From the IMG/VR virus record IMGVR_UViG_3300014533_000149: 38,497 bases of DNA; one strand, given 5' to 3'. How positions within the stretch are numbered: position 1 is the first letter of the stretch; each line of letters opens with the position of its first letter. The notes beneath the pieces were generated by a model that saw only the letters and a list, made by a program, of their open reading frames with translations, did no database searches and was not told the DNA's origin. This document shows positions 7,576-18,826 of this stretch, in pieces. The DNA is from a virus. Taxonomy: Duplodnaviria; Heunggongvirae; Uroviricota; Caudoviricetes. A program made the translations under genes and the position numbers.

Positions 7576-10050
7576 TTATTGCGGAGTGACATCCTGAGGT
7601 CGCCACCAGTATGTCTGGTTAAACTCTTTCTTCGAACGTTGCTCCATTTTACGCAAATAGCCTGGTGAAAAATACTCCTGCATCTGGTTAAAGATCATAT
7701 GATCGAGAGCCGCCTTTAAGTACCAGAGATTCGCACCTGGCATCAAACCTTTCCCCAGCTTCACCAGATCACCACCAGTCTGCTCACTCTTCCCTTCCAC
7801 AGCATTTAACGGTATGCCCTGAGCAATCTTCACTACGTCATCAACCAGACCAGCTACCGGGCCAAGCATCGACGCCAGCGCGCCGCTTCCGTAACTAGTG
7901 TGATCTGACAATAAAAAGTCACCGTAAAGGCCAAGACCACCACCTTTCAGTAGAGCACCAAGCCAAAATTTAGCAGCATCTTCTCCTGTCATCTCGCGAG
8001 GATTACGACCAGACGCAAGGTCGTTAAGTTGCTGCGACAAAGCGCCAAGAATGGTCGTACTGGCAATAAACGTCGCAATATATGCCGCACGCCCACCAGC
8101 AGACGGCATACCCATAGCGCGTGACCAGTGACGCATAACCACCGAGATAGGGAACGATTTAAACAGGAAAACACTTCTCGTTAATTCACCTTTCCATGTT
8201 CCACGCTGAATACCAGAACCGGTTATCAGTTGCTCACGTGCTCCCGGTGTAATAACAGCCATATCAACTTCTTCAGTTACGGCACCGAGCAGTTTACGCA
8301 TTGCCTCAAATTTCACGCGTTCAGGCTCACCAAGATGTTTAACTGCTGAATCAGGGATACGCATAATGCTTTCCGGTGTCAGCATCGTATTATTGCCGTT
8401 CCCCCAGTCCTCCTGTTGCGCCAGCTTCCATACGCTCCAGTCTGTGTCAGTAATCCCTTTGCTTTTCAGGATACGAAAATCAGAATCATCGAGGCTACGA
8501 AGGTCTGGTGTCCGTGACACTACTTCTCCCAGGCTTCCCATCATGGTTACGCCATAGGCGCGCTTGTGCGCATCTGACCATGCTGTAAGCCCACTGGCAC
8601 GCATTACCGCCGTTGCAGCCCAACGAGACACAGACGGCCCCATATTATCCATCGCCCAGCGGTTAACGCTGCCAAGTAGAGATTCCATCGCCAGACCAGC
8701 GCGGCGCGCCCGCGCAAGTTCTGTACGGTTCGTTGGGTCCATAGCTTCAAGCTGGTTGCGGAATAACTGGTTCATTGGAAGGTTGGTCACCTTCGCAGAC
8801 AGATACATGGTTCCAAGATCAGAGAACGATGACAGCAACGCGGATCCGAGTCTGCTGGCAACCAGCCAGTTGCGGATATTGTCAGACCATCGCGCGATGT
8901 GCGGATTCGCTACAGGCTGTGTCTTTCCGGAAATAAAGTTGTACAGATTCTCTGTGTTGTTCGCCAGCCGCTCGACTTTACCGGTTTTACTCGGGTTAGC
9001 TGTTGCCGTTTCTGCCTTCACCTGATCAAGAAGAGAGCGGAAAACATGATCGGGGTTTGGGCCATATGTTTCCACCAGTGCAATATCTTTACTGATACCT
9101 TCAAGGTGACCGACCATGATTTCCCATAGAGAGCGATCGCCATAAAGTTGCTGATATTGCAGATAGGAATCTGCATCTTTGAAATGTATCTGTCGTGATG
9201 CATTACCACGGTTAGCACGTGCGCCGGAAATTCGCATTCCGGTATCAGTAAGCTTATTCAGCCCACCAGTAGCGATCGTGTTATAAGCCTCTCCAAGAAA
9301 TGCAGACAACTCGGCATCGTTCATCAGTTGTCCATCGGCTCGGGTATAATATTTGCGATCCAGCTTACCTATAACATCGCTAACCCATTTATCTTTTGAT
9401 ACCGCCCCAACCTTTTCCATAGAATGATGTTGAGGGATCCCCCAGTTTTCGAGATAGCCAATGTCCCCACCAGCATCATTAAACCGGCGGCGCAGTAGAT
9501 CTGTCACTTCTCTCCACGCCTTAGCACCTTTTCTTGCTTTAGCATTGCCAGTATTTTGCCCTCGCATTTCATATACCAGGTCACGCACGCCCGCTTCATC
9601 TTCAAACAGGCCAAAAAAGCGAGGATCAACTGCTTCAAATGCCTCCTGCAATTGACTCAATGCATAATCACGAGTGGCTTTTGTTCTGGATTCAACAGAG
9701 AGGAAATTCGATTTACCGTCTGCATTAAAAGCAATAGTACGGTTAAGAGCGCCAAGTTTCCCATCAGCCCCTTGATAGCTATTGATAAATTTATCCAATC
9801 TCTGACGTGCGGCTATAGTGAGGGCCACACGACGTTTCTTTAATGCCGCTTCTCGCTGTAATTCTTCAGATGCCAATTGTGCTGCACGATACAACCGTTC
9901 TGATTCGGAAAGTTGTCGCCACGACATCGGGTCATCACGAGCAATGGAGCGCATATTTCGATAAATGCGGTCTTCAATGTTCTGTATTTCTCGCGCCGTT
10001 AACGTGCGCTGCGCCGCCTGCTGGACCGCTTGTATACATTCCTGTCTCAT
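7576..10050 (-). CDS. Large internal virion/ejection protein (T7 gp16-like position)
   Basis: 824 aa; SD GAGAGG upstream; last of three large genes following the tail tubular genes; function from size and synteny only. Confidence 0.6.
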   Translation of the reverse strand: MRQECIQAVQQAAQRTLTAREIQNIEDRIYRNMRSIARDDPMSWRQLSESERLYRAAQLASEELQREAALKKRRVALTIAARQRLDKFINSYQGADGKLGALNRTIAFNADGKSNFLSVESRTKATRDYALSQLQEAFEAVDPRFFGLFEDEAGVRDLVYEMRGQNTGNAKARKGAKAWREVTDLLRRRFNDAGGDIGYLENWGIPQHHSMEKVGAVSKDKWVSDVIGKLDRKYYTRADGQLMNDAELSAFLGEAYNTIATGGLNKLTDTGMRISGARANRGNASRQIHFKDADSYLQYQQLYGDRSLWEIMVGHLEGISKDIALVETYGPNPDHVFRSLLDQVKAETATANPSKTGKVERLANNTENLYNFISGKTQPVANPHIARWSDNIRNWLVASRLGSALLSSFSDLGTMYLSAKVTNLPMNQLFRNQLEAMDPTNRTELARARRAGLAMESLLGSVNRWAMDNMGPSVSRWAATAVMRASGLTAWSDAHKRAYGVTMMGSLGEVVSRTPDLRSLDDSDFRILKSKGITDTDWSVWKLAQQEDWGNGNNTMLTPESIMRIPDSAVKHLGEPERVKFEAMRKLLGAVTEEVDMAVITPGAREQLITGSGIQRGTWKGELTRSVFLFKSFPISVVMRHWSRAMGMPSAGGRAAYIATFIASTTILGALSQQLNDLASGRNPREMTGEDAAKFWLGALLKGGGLGLYGDFLLSDHTSYGSGALASMLGPVAGLVDDVVKIAQGIPLNAVEGKSEQTGGDLVKLGKGLMPGANLWYLKAALDHMIFNQMQEYFSPGYLRKMEQRSKKEFNQTYWWRPQDVTPQ

Positions 10051-10055
10051 TTAAT

Positions 10056-11858
10056 TTAACCTCTCAAGAAACACGCCACAGCAACATCAAACAGGCTGGA
10101 ATCCTGTATTGCCTGCTCACTTTCCCTGTTCGCTTCATCCAGTACTTCACGCGCACTGCGCGATTGTGGATTACCATCATCATCCAGCACGGTGATTATC
10201 ATGTCCGGAGATTCAAGCAGCGAGTCTTCAGCTATACGCAGATCAATATCTCCTGCCGGATCTGCCATCATTTTTTGTTCTGTCTGTTGCAATATCTTAC
10301 CGGGCTCAAAAGGAGCTACTTCGTCTGGCGTCCTGACCTCTGCTGTTTTATAGAATGAAACAGCCTGAGCATTAAGTTCACTTTCTGCCTGCTGTCGCCG
10401 TGCCAGTTCTGCTCGAGCTTCAAAAAACTGACCTCCAGGCTCGTGCGGCGCCAACGCGTTACGGGAAAATTCCAGGCGTTCTTGTGCCTGCCGGATTCGT
10501 TGATCAATATCGCGAAGTCTGGCCTGTTTATCTGATCGAGCACGAGACAAAGCTTTACCGCTACCGGTTGGCTCTTCTGCAAGAATTTGTGCACGCTGTT
10601 CAGTGAGATTGTCGATAATTCGTTGGCTATTAGCGATTTCAGACTGGTAAACCTGTCTATCGCCACGCGGCAAAAGCTGCGCAGCCTGTTCTTCAAGCAA
10701 CCGATTTTCGATAGCGCGCGCCGTTACTCCATCATCTACAGATGACAGAGCCTCATTAACTGCCTGAGACAGCAGATTCTTGCGCCCAGGAATTTCACTG
10801 AAAGATGCAGACTCAACAATGCTGGCAACGTCTACAGGTCTCCCCTGGCTAACATCAGACATAGCTTTTCGCAGAGCCTGAATGTGAGAATTACGCGAAA
10901 GCACGTTGATCGGCACGCCAGGAGCAATATCAATTTCAGCATGATGAGCGGCATTCGCCGCCAGTGCAGCATCGATATCAACTGGTGAAAAATTTGGTGT
11001 GCTTGTAGACTCGCCGCGAGAGTTAATAAATCTGCCGACACCACCAAACGCCACCCCAAGAACAGCATCAATAGCAATTGCCTGTCGATCCAACACATCA
11101 TACTGGTTAGCCATTTCGCTATAGCCACCATCACGAAGCGTTTTTGCAGTAAGCCCACGCTGTGCCATACCGAACGCAATATTTGTACCTGCGGCATAGG
11201 CAATATCTGGCGTTGCACGTACTGCTGTTGCTGCGGCGCGTCGCACTGAACTCTCACCCGTCCGCGCAAGCTGAGCCGCCACACCTTCCGCCAGCGCACC
11301 ACCAGCACGTAACCCGAGGCTCATAGGGATCAGCGTTCCGGCACCAGCAGTAATGCCCTGCACTAATCCCGCTTCCTGCGCCGTCCTGAAATCAACACCC
11401 TGTGCTGTCAGCCGTTCAAACTCAGAAAAACCCTGTAGAGAAGTTACCGCCGCAGCACCTCCGACCGGACCACCGAGCGTTGTACCGACAACAGCCTGCC
11501 CGCCCATATCGAACAACCCATAAAGAACCTGCCCAGCGGTTCCAGTTGTCGCGGCATCAGGCGTCAGCCGCTTAACCTGCTGCTCTGCTAGTTTTCTCTG
11601 CTCGGCAATGTATGAAACTGAAGTATCATTGAGCGAGGTGTTTTCGTTAACAAACTGAGCAATCGGGGATACGATTTTATCCATCCCTGCCCATAGCAAC
11701 TGATCTGGCTTTGCCACCAGCCCGGAGTACAAACCAGACAATGCCGCTCCTACAGCATTGTCGAAAAAACCAACATCGCTGTTAAAGCCAGCTGGATTTG
11801 ATGCTGCTTCGTCAAGCTGCTGATTCTGGTTTACTGGATTAAGGCCAAAGTAACTCAT
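10056..11858 (-). CDS. Internal virion/ejection protein
   Basis: 600 aa, Gly/Ala-rich N-terminal half and charged coiled-coil-like C-terminal half; ATGA overlap with upstream gene. Confidence 0.6.
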   Translation of the reverse strand: MSYFGLNPVNQNQQLDEAASNPAGFNSDVGFFDNAVGAALSGLYSGLVAKPDQLLWAGMDKIVSPIAQFVNENTSLNDTSVSYIAEQRKLAEQQVKRLTPDAATTGTAGQVLYGLFDMGGQAVVGTTLGGPVGGAAAVTSLQGFSEFERLTAQGVDFRTAQEAGLVQGITAGAGTLIPMSLGLRAGGALAEGVAAQLARTGESSVRRAAATAVRATPDIAYAAGTNIAFGMAQRGLTAKTLRDGGYSEMANQYDVLDRQAIAIDAVLGVAFGGVGRFINSRGESTSTPNFSPVDIDAALAANAAHHAEIDIAPGVPINVLSRNSHIQALRKAMSDVSQGRPVDVASIVESASFSEIPGRKNLLSQAVNEALSSVDDGVTARAIENRLLEEQAAQLLPRGDRQVYQSEIANSQRIIDNLTEQRAQILAEEPTGSGKALSRARSDKQARLRDIDQRIRQAQERLEFSRNALAPHEPGGQFFEARAELARRQQAESELNAQAVSFYKTAEVRTPDEVAPFEPGKILQQTEQKMMADPAGDIDLRIAEDSLLESPDMIITVLDDDGNPQSRSAREVLDEANRESEQAIQDSSLFDVAVACFLRG

Positions 11859-14368
11859 TGCGGAATATCTCCGGAGAATCTCTGACGCTTCTGTGTCAGA
11901 TTAAGAACAACGGGAGAACCATCATCTTTCAGCAGATAACCAGTACCAAGTTTCACCAGGTACTGACTATCGCCGTAACTTTGCAAACCATACTGACCAG
12001 GCGGTGTTTTTATCCCAGAGCCGACAACTTGTTCATTCCAAGCCTGATTAACCTGCTTATCGAATTGCTCTGCAGACATTCCCCACGGCAAAAGGACATT
12101 CCCCATTCCGTTATAGTCATGCACGCCACCTGTAGCTACGTTAACAGCCTGTTTCCAGATATCATTGTCAATTTCGCCTGATACCACGCCTTTTTTCGCC
12201 ATCACACCAGCGTAATAGTCCTTTGCGATCTCGTATGCCATTGATGCCCCCTGAGCGTCACCAGCAAATGCATCCTTCACCATGTCAGAAAACTCAAGGC
12301 GAAGATCAGCATCTTTAGGCATCGGAATACCTTTCGCATCATCAGTACCTTTACGAGCCGCCGCGCCAGCAAGAATTGTCTGCGCAGCGGTTTCAGGAGA
12401 CACGGAAACATCCGGATTAAACCAGTTTTTTTCTGCCAAAATACCACCTGGCTTATCCATCAGTATCCCGGCAACGGCAGCAGATGGAGCGTTGGCACTG
12501 ATCTGCTGTAGTGCTGACATATACACCTGCCCACCACCAGTGCTCTGCCTGATGGTATCGAGATATGCTGCCTGTTGGGAAACGGGCGCATCACGAAAGA
12601 AAACACCGATCTGATTGGCCTCGTCTTTGGAAAAGAACGTCAGTGGAGTGCCATATGACTTAGCAAGGTCACTGACCTGAGCAGCACGCAAGGCAACGCT
12701 CTGTCCAAAGTTATCCTTATTGCTCATGTCGATAGGCTTTGTCTGTCCGGCGGCAAGAGAGAACTGTACAGGATCAGCCTGTCGCTGCTTTATCACCTGA
12801 CTTGCAGCCGACACAACGTTGTCATAAAGAGCGGCTCCCGCCGCATAACCCTCCCCTGTCTCACCAGTATCCGGGCGTAATTGCTCAACATATGCTGTAA
12901 TGCTGCTTGTCGGCATGTTGCGGAAAGAGCCTATATACTGTCCGGCGATTTGCGTATTTCTGAACTCGGTATATCGCAGGTTTCCTTCTCTTACTCCATA
13001 AGCTGCAATAAAATCAGCCTCACCAGGTGGGTTAGGAAATTCAACGCCACGCATATACGCAGCTGTCGCATCGCGAACCTGGCTGTCAATCATCGTTTTA
13101 TATTCAGCCTGCTGCTGCCGACGCAGTTGATCCGCCTGTCGCATAAAACTTGCCTGCGCCTCAGGAGATGCCGCATCGAATGCTGCATTACCGGTATAGC
13201 GTTTGGTGTTGGTTGGAATTGTTGATAAACCAAGTGCTGCACTGACACCAGCAGTTAACTGCTGATCACTGTATGGCTGGCTACCGTTCTCATGATGGAT
13301 AATGGCTGCACAAAGCGCCTTCAGGGTATCAGGATTAGATGCATCGAGAGGCTCATCAGCAGAAACGCCAAGTTGTTCGCACACTGCTTTGATATACGAC
13401 ATAGTGTCATTTTTATCAGCAGGCGGTGCCCAGCGATTAATTATCTCGCTGACGGTATCAATACCCTGCCTCTGATACGACATCAGGTTCCGCCCTAATG
13501 CACGAATCCCGTGTTCAGGTGTTTCGAATTTAGCAAATCGACCATCATCACCGGTCTGGCCTACCCACGGATTAGTTTTGCTGTATTCGAGATTTCCTGG
13601 GTTATTGTTGCGTATGCCACGGGCACGCTCGGAAGAGTCACTATCTGCTACAGCACGGCGAGCTCCAGCAGCAGTATCACTTAACTCGCCATTACTTTGG
13701 ATGAATGCGGTCGCATTGTTTGCCGACCACTGGGACAATGCAGCATCAGCAACCTTCTCTTTAAACTCGATTTTCTTGGCCTGGATTTGCTCGTTGCTCC
13801 AGCCATGTGCAACACCGTACTCCTCAATTTGCTGGAAAGTTTGTTTGTTAGCCAATACGTATGCGGCGTTGTCGCCATACAATGCTGCGGCATTTTTACC
13901 ATTGTTCAGCAGTGTCGCCTGAAACTGGCCTTCTTCGTAGGCATTAATTTGCCCTATCTCGTGTCGCCCGGCCTGCGTAGTGAACTGAATGCGCTGCTGC
14001 TGCGCCTGCTGCATGAAAGCATTACGAGCCTGTTCATCCGGCAGCGACATAGCCAGTTGTTCGACCTGAGCATCAAACTGCTGCGTATACTCATGGCCTT
14101 TTCCAATAGCATTTTTCCCTTTCAGGTTAAGCAATCCTGTTTCAGGATTATTCAGCAGATCGCTGCTTATCTGACTGAGGTTAAGAGATGCCTCCTGAGC
14201 CAGAGCGATATTGGCACGCTGTTTTGCCTGCCCCAAAACATCAATTGCCTCTGTCCCTGCCCGAACAAAAGCATCACCAATACCTTGCTGAGAAAACGTC
14301 TGCAAGCCTGCTGACTGAACTCCACGACTCTCAACCTGACGTCCGGATACTGTTGGTACGACTGGCAT
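11855..14368 (-). CDS. Internal virion protein (T7 gp15-like position)
   Basis: 837 aa from ATG 14368 with SD GGAGGA; start overlaps upstream stop (TAATG); track ORF extended further 5' without an RBS. Confidence 0.6.
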   Translation of the reverse strand: MPVVPTVSGRQVESRGVQSAGLQTFSQQGIGDAFVRAGTEAIDVLGQAKQRANIALAQEASLNLSQISSDLLNNPETGLLNLKGKNAIGKGHEYTQQFDAQVEQLAMSLPDEQARNAFMQQAQQQRIQFTTQAGRHEIGQINAYEEGQFQATLLNNGKNAAALYGDNAAYVLANKQTFQQIEEYGVAHGWSNEQIQAKKIEFKEKVADAALSQWSANNATAFIQSNGELSDTAAGARRAVADSDSSERARGIRNNNPGNLEYSKTNPWVGQTGDDGRFAKFETPEHGIRALGRNLMSYQRQGIDTVSEIINRWAPPADKNDTMSYIKAVCEQLGVSADEPLDASNPDTLKALCAAIIHHENGSQPYSDQQLTAGVSAALGLSTIPTNTKRYTGNAAFDAASPEAQASFMRQADQLRRQQQAEYKTMIDSQVRDATAAYMRGVEFPNPPGEADFIAAYGVREGNLRYTEFRNTQIAGQYIGSFRNMPTSSITAYVEQLRPDTGETGEGYAAGAALYDNVVSAASQVIKQRQADPVQFSLAAGQTKPIDMSNKDNFGQSVALRAAQVSDLAKSYGTPLTFFSKDEANQIGVFFRDAPVSQQAAYLDTIRQSTGGGQVYMSALQQISANAPSAAVAGILMDKPGGILAEKNWFNPDVSVSPETAAQTILAGAAARKGTDDAKGIPMPKDADLRLEFSDMVKDAFAGDAQGASMAYEIAKDYYAGVMAKKGVVSGEIDNDIWKQAVNVATGGVHDYNGMGNVLLPWGMSAEQFDKQVNQAWNEQVVGSGIKTPPGQYGLQSYGDSQYLVKLGTGYLLKDDGSPVVLNLTQKRQRFSGDIPQ

Positions 14369-14913
14369 TATAATCCTCCGGGTAATCTGGTTCCTGCTGC
14401 TGCCCCGATTGGCGCAGGAGTGCTTTGAGTAAACGGACTCCACGTCCCACCAAACATCTGGTACGCACCGTATGCCTTCAGAGGCGCAGTGAGCAATGTT
14501 GTTGCTGCTCCCACATTCCCCTGTTTACGGGCTGAACTGGCTTCTGCTTTATAGTTGGCAGCCTGAACCTGATAACCGTAAGCCTCGCGTTGCGCGTTAT
14601 TCACCGTCGTCAGCGAATCAAGAGCGCCAAACTGGGCAGTGTCGCCAAATATATCCAGCGCGTTACCTGTAGATAAATCAGCGCCGGTAGCCCCCATTGT
14701 CGCCGCCTGTGTACCAAGCCGCTGTCGGGTCTCTCTGCGTCGTTGCTCAGCTTCAGCGTTACCTCTGTTTATTGCATCATTTGCCTGAGCTGTGGCTATA
14801 TCTGCGTTCGCTTCTGCAACCTTCGAGGCATACTTTCCCTGTTGGTACTGGGTGTATGCCTGAATGCCACTCATGGCGAGCATTGCGCCACCAGCAATAA
14901 CCGGATCGCACAT
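14368..14913 (-). CDS. Internal virion protein (T7 gp14-like position)
   Basis: 181 aa, Ala/Gln-rich; SD GGAGAG; translationally coupled to neighbours. Confidence 0.5.
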   Translation of the reverse strand: MCDPVIAGGAMLAMSGIQAYTQYQQGKYASKVAEANADIATAQANDAINRGNAEAEQRRRETRQRLGTQAATMGATGADLSTGNALDIFGDTAQFGALDSLTTVNNAQREAYGYQVQAANYKAEASSARKQGNVGAATTLLTAPLKAYGAYQMFGGTWSPFTQSTPAPIGAAAGTRLPGGL

Positions 14914-15377
14914 TATTTTCTCTCCATGTGAAATCTGTGGAAATTAAGACCAAGAGCACCATAAGGCGCGGCTTCTTCAAGCCTGAATCCAAGCCAGTGC
15001 AGCCATTCTTTGGCAACATGGTTTCGCTCGTCGACGTAGTTTTCCAGGCGCGGATAAACTGCCAGCATCTGCTGCAATACAGGGCGGCAGTGGCGAAGAA
15101 ATGTCTTCTGATATTTTTCAATACGGCTGGTTCCTACCAGCCAGGGCGTACCATTGCCACCGATCATTGACGCCGGAGATACGCCAAACATGGTTACCAG
15201 TTCTCCGTTCGCAAATCCTGACCAGGCCATAGTCGCAGTGCGAAGACCAACACGCAGCGCATCTTCGGTAGTCATCAGCGATACCGCATACAGTTCGTCA
15301 ATATCAGCCTGACGAACATCCGGCAAAATCATCTGAAGATGCTCTTCGGTAGCGGGAACAATTCGAACATCGATCAT
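14913..15377 (-). CDS. Hypothetical virion-module protein (T7 gp13-like position)
   Basis: 154 aa; start overlaps the tubular-B stop. Confidence 0.5.
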   Translation of the reverse strand: MIDVRIVPATEEHLQMILPDVRQADIDELYAVSLMTTEDALRVGLRTATMAWSGFANGELVTMFGVSPASMIGGNGTPWLVGTSRIEKYQKTFLRHCRPVLQQMLAVYPRLENYVDERNHVAKEWLHWLGFRLEEAAPYGALGLNFHRFHMERK

Positions 15378-17848
15378 CAGAATCCCCCAACAGTAAGGCG
15401 AGGAATAACGGCAAGAACAGACAGCGGCAACGGATCAAGCTGACGGATTTTTACACGTCCGTTTTTGCCCCAGTTACTGTCCAGTTTCACTTCTACTTTT
15501 CCGGTAGCATCATCAACAGGATCATCGTAGAACTCGAATTCACGCTGTGGATATTCGTACCATTTACCGCCGGGCGTAGTCGCCCAGATGCCGCGACTGG
15601 CATTCACAACCAGAGTAACGGAGGGGATCACCTGTTTTTTGTCCAGCAGCGTTTCCTGTCCGTTAATGTTGATATCCAGTGTTTCGAATTCAGCAGTTAT
15701 TGGCAGGCCGATGTGCACTACAGCCCCCGGAGATTCCAGCGTGACGGCACCTCCGGAAACCACTTTCTGTGGTTCCACGTTCGCATCAGAGAGAATGTTT
15801 ACGGTCTGGCCTTCAAGATGAGACAGGCCTCCAAATGTCCGGCGTGCCATCTGCCAGTTCGTGGTGGCCACATTCCTGAGGGATGGCGGGACGTTCCTGT
15901 TAGCACGAACCACTACAGCGGTGTTGCTGGTTACAGAAATAATGTCGCAACGTAATTCTTTTGACACTTCATCGCCAGTATCAGGATCAGTTCCGGTATA
16001 AGGGAACTGTAGTTGCGCACCGACATCACTACTGGTGAAGTACGCACCGCCAGAAATACTGATTGTATATTCCGCGCGGTAATCCCATTCGCCAGAACCA
16101 CCAGTGATGGTCATCGTTCTGTCAGACGTATTTCTTCCATCATAGCTAAGGCCAGAATCAACAAAGAAAGCATCTTCATCGCTGGTAAATAAACGGCTGG
16201 ACAGTCGCTCGATGTATCTCACTGTTTGCCCGTTAACGGTTCGGTTAACGACGAAATACACCGCATCTTCATTTCCTTCGCTGATACTGCATGTGCTTTC
16301 ATATTTTCCGGTACTGGATTGTGGTGCCCATGCAAAAACCTGCTGATCACGCAAATAGGTCATCACCAGTAATTTACCGTCATCACGAATGCAGAAGGCG
16401 CTGGAGTAAGGGACAATAGAGAAGCACCAGTCAACAATGCTGTGCTTCTGAAAAAGATGATTGGCAAGGATGGTCAGGTCGTTCCCCTGATAGCCGTCAA
16501 CATCGAATGAGTAGGCCAGATCACGGACAACACTGCCTTTCTCCTGGACGAACAGAGCAATATTCGCCACGGCAATTGGTGGGACATTGCTCGAGCCATT
16601 TGATCCCTGAGAGCTGAATGCAAATGATGATGGGGTTAACACTTTGTTCTGGTCGCCGGTGATGACGTACTCACCTCCGGAAGTCAGTGCCACCAGCGAA
16701 CCGACATCAATCAGGTGGCGGATCTCATTAACCTGACGCCCGGCATAGGTGTAGATAATTCTGTCGTCATCCTGCGTAGGATTGCTTTTGCCAAAATCCT
16801 TATAATCCCCGGTACGGCTGGCCCAGATAGTCTGAGGGAACGCAGTCGATGCGGCGAAGTAAAGACGTTGTTGATAATAAACAACAGTGCCAGGATAACC
16901 ATTAACACTGTTCCAGGCATATTTAGCCCATTTATAGCTGGCATTATCCTCGCCAACTACCTGCGAAGGGATATAGGAAATCACCTCGGCAGTTGCAGTA
17001 GTTCCATTTGCAGCAGTGATACGGGCAATGCCAAAACCACTGTGCAGATATTCCCACTCAATGCCAGTATCATCATCACCGGATCCGCCCCAGCCATCCC
17101 ATGATGTGCCTTCTGTATGCGAAGGGCGCAAAGTACCTGTTTTGCCTGCTGTAACGGCGCGATAGTAGTTACTGTCTGCACGGCGAATATCGCCAATCGA
17201 CGTACTCTTACTGGTTTCCCATACCGGCACTGAATCCACTGCAGGCTGTTCCAGATAGAACAATTTGCCTACCTGCTCCGCGCCAAAAATAGAGGCGCTT
17301 GCCGTTAACGTAATTGTCCCGGTGCTGGCGCTGGCATAAACCGTCACTGACTCGTCAATATTGATATCTTCAAATGGCCCGTTCTTCGTTACCACATCAA
17401 CCAGTTGCCAGTTGTCATGAGCATATCGGCGCAACTCTTTCGGCGGGTATGCCGGGTGAACCAGCGTAAGCACGTCGGCGCTTTGCGTGAATTTAATTCG
17501 GAACAGATCGGCTTCAGTATATGGCGTTGCAATTTCATAAATAACATTGCTGCTGTTCAGCACCAACGCACCATCTTTGATAACGCGCATGTACTGGTGT
17601 CCGAACTCCAGAGCATAAGTCTGAACCGTCGAGAACTGGAACGGGATCAGGCGGCATTTCCGATTTGGGTATTTGGCGGCACCGACAAAACGCGTACCAG
17701 GTCGATTCTCAACGCCGCCATACTGCCGCACGATAAAGTTATCGCACTTGCGCAATGCCACCTGGTACTTCGCCATGTCGATACGACCGTACAACGACGG
17801 TCCAATCTCACCACCGGCAAAGCTGGGCTGGATCCAACTGATAGCCAT
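15377..17848 (-). CDS. Tail tubular protein B-like (nozzle)
   Basis: 823 aa; N-terminus (SFAGGEIGPSLYGRIDMAKY) resembles T7 gp12-type proteins; follows a gp11-like gene. Confidence 0.6.
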   Translation of the reverse strand: MAISWIQPSFAGGEIGPSLYGRIDMAKYQVALRKCDNFIVRQYGGVENRPGTRFVGAAKYPNRKCRLIPFQFSTVQTYALEFGHQYMRVIKDGALVLNSSNVIYEIATPYTEADLFRIKFTQSADVLTLVHPAYPPKELRRYAHDNWQLVDVVTKNGPFEDINIDESVTVYASASTGTITLTASASIFGAEQVGKLFYLEQPAVDSVPVWETSKSTSIGDIRRADSNYYRAVTAGKTGTLRPSHTEGTSWDGWGGSGDDDTGIEWEYLHSGFGIARITAANGTTATAEVISYIPSQVVGEDNASYKWAKYAWNSVNGYPGTVVYYQQRLYFAASTAFPQTIWASRTGDYKDFGKSNPTQDDDRIIYTYAGRQVNEIRHLIDVGSLVALTSGGEYVITGDQNKVLTPSSFAFSSQGSNGSSNVPPIAVANIALFVQEKGSVVRDLAYSFDVDGYQGNDLTILANHLFQKHSIVDWCFSIVPYSSAFCIRDDGKLLVMTYLRDQQVFAWAPQSSTGKYESTCSISEGNEDAVYFVVNRTVNGQTVRYIERLSSRLFTSDEDAFFVDSGLSYDGRNTSDRTMTITGGSGEWDYRAEYTISISGGAYFTSSDVGAQLQFPYTGTDPDTGDEVSKELRCDIISVTSNTAVVVRANRNVPPSLRNVATTNWQMARRTFGGLSHLEGQTVNILSDANVEPQKVVSGGAVTLESPGAVVHIGLPITAEFETLDININGQETLLDKKQVIPSVTLVVNASRGIWATTPGGKWYEYPQREFEFYDDPVDDATGKVEVKLDSNWGKNGRVKIRQLDPLPLSVLAVIPRLTVGGF

Positions 17849-18453
17849 CAGGACAACCTCGCAATGGTAAACTCGTCAACCGGTGGCTGTGGTTCCTGTG
17901 ATTCATTCTGGCTATGCGAACCAGCACTAAGAATCACGCGATTGTACATATTGAGAGCAAATGTACCGAGATCCGCATTCCCAGTCAGCGCCATGTTAAT
18001 GGCTGCCGCAAGACGCCAGGCCAGCGCCTCCATAAAAATGGCATCAAACATGTTCACATCTGAAACGCGAGATACATACTTGAGCCATGCCTGCGGCTGG
18101 TCTGTGTAGATCAACTTTCCTGTTCCGTTGGTGTCTGCACCAACTTCGTACTGAACGCGCATTGCTGCTGTTGGATTGCGTACACCAAGAAGCATAATTT
18201 CAGTAATGCGCAGACAATCGGACGGGTACTGGTACGCATATTCCCAGTCAGGCGGTGGATTGCTCGTATCTGCAAGCGCCACGCGTTTGGTAGCAAAGTT
18301 CCAGTCAAAATCAGAAAGAACAGCATCACGGCAGGCCTCAAAGTGCAGCGAACATTCCCCAGCTTCCTTGCTGGCTTCCGTCAGGCTGTTAATGCTGCGG
18401 CTATTGCCAATATTGGACAGCGCACGATTGCAGATCTCTACTACAGAGGCCAT
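17848..18453 (-). CDS. Tail tubular protein A-like (adaptor)
   Basis: 201 aa; N-terminal pattern similar to T7 gp11 as recalled; SD GGGGGTGAG. Confidence 0.55.
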   Translation of the reverse strand: MASVVEICNRALSNIGNSRSINSLTEASKEAGECSLHFEACRDAVLSDFDWNFATKRVALADTSNPPPDWEYAYQYPSDCLRITEIMLLGVRNPTAAMRVQYEVGADTNGTGKLIYTDQPQAWLKYVSRVSDVNMFDAIFMEALAWRLAAAINMALTGNADLGTFALNMYNRVILSAGSHSQNESQEPQPPVDEFTIARLS

Positions 18454-18776
18454 TACTCACCCCCATTGCCGTACAGGGTTTCAGCCGCTGATTTTTCTAC
18501 ATCCCCGGAAACAGGAGCGATCGCCATATCAGTGATCTGCAGATCGGCGCTGCGATTAACCCCATCGTCAGTTTCTCTGGCAGACAGGCCTCGAATAACA
18601 GCCTTTGCAGTTATCATCACTTCTGTTCCGACGCCCTGAGGTTGCGCCTTCAGCTTATTCAATGTGTCGTTATTAAGAGTGATGCACAGCCCCCACGGGT
18701 ATTCATCGCGAGTTCTGGTTTCTCCGCTCTCATCCTGGTAGCTGTCAGTGCCGGTTTTGAGGTTTACGAGTTCCAT
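18453..18776 (-). CDS. Hypothetical head/neck protein
   Basis: 107 aa from ATG 18776 with SD GGAG. Confidence 0.45.
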   Translation of the reverse strand: MELVNLKTGTDSYQDESGETRTRDEYPWGLCITLNNDTLNKLKAQPQGVGTEVMITAKAVIRGLSARETDDGVNRSADLQITDMAIAPVSGDVEKSAAETLYGNGGE

Positions 18777-18826
18777 ATACACTCCTGCAATAAAGGGGCC
18801 GAAGCCCCTTGTCTGATCCGCGAGGC

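Noticed and set aside
10832-11308. Numerous track ORFs nested in or antisense to large structural genes (for example 10832..11308, 8564..9025, 13697..14314, 17405..18109, 21780..22478)
   Set aside because: Each is fully overlapped by a longer ORF with coherent phage-protein features and translational coupling; they lack RBSs and have biased, low-complexity composition typical of off-frame translation.
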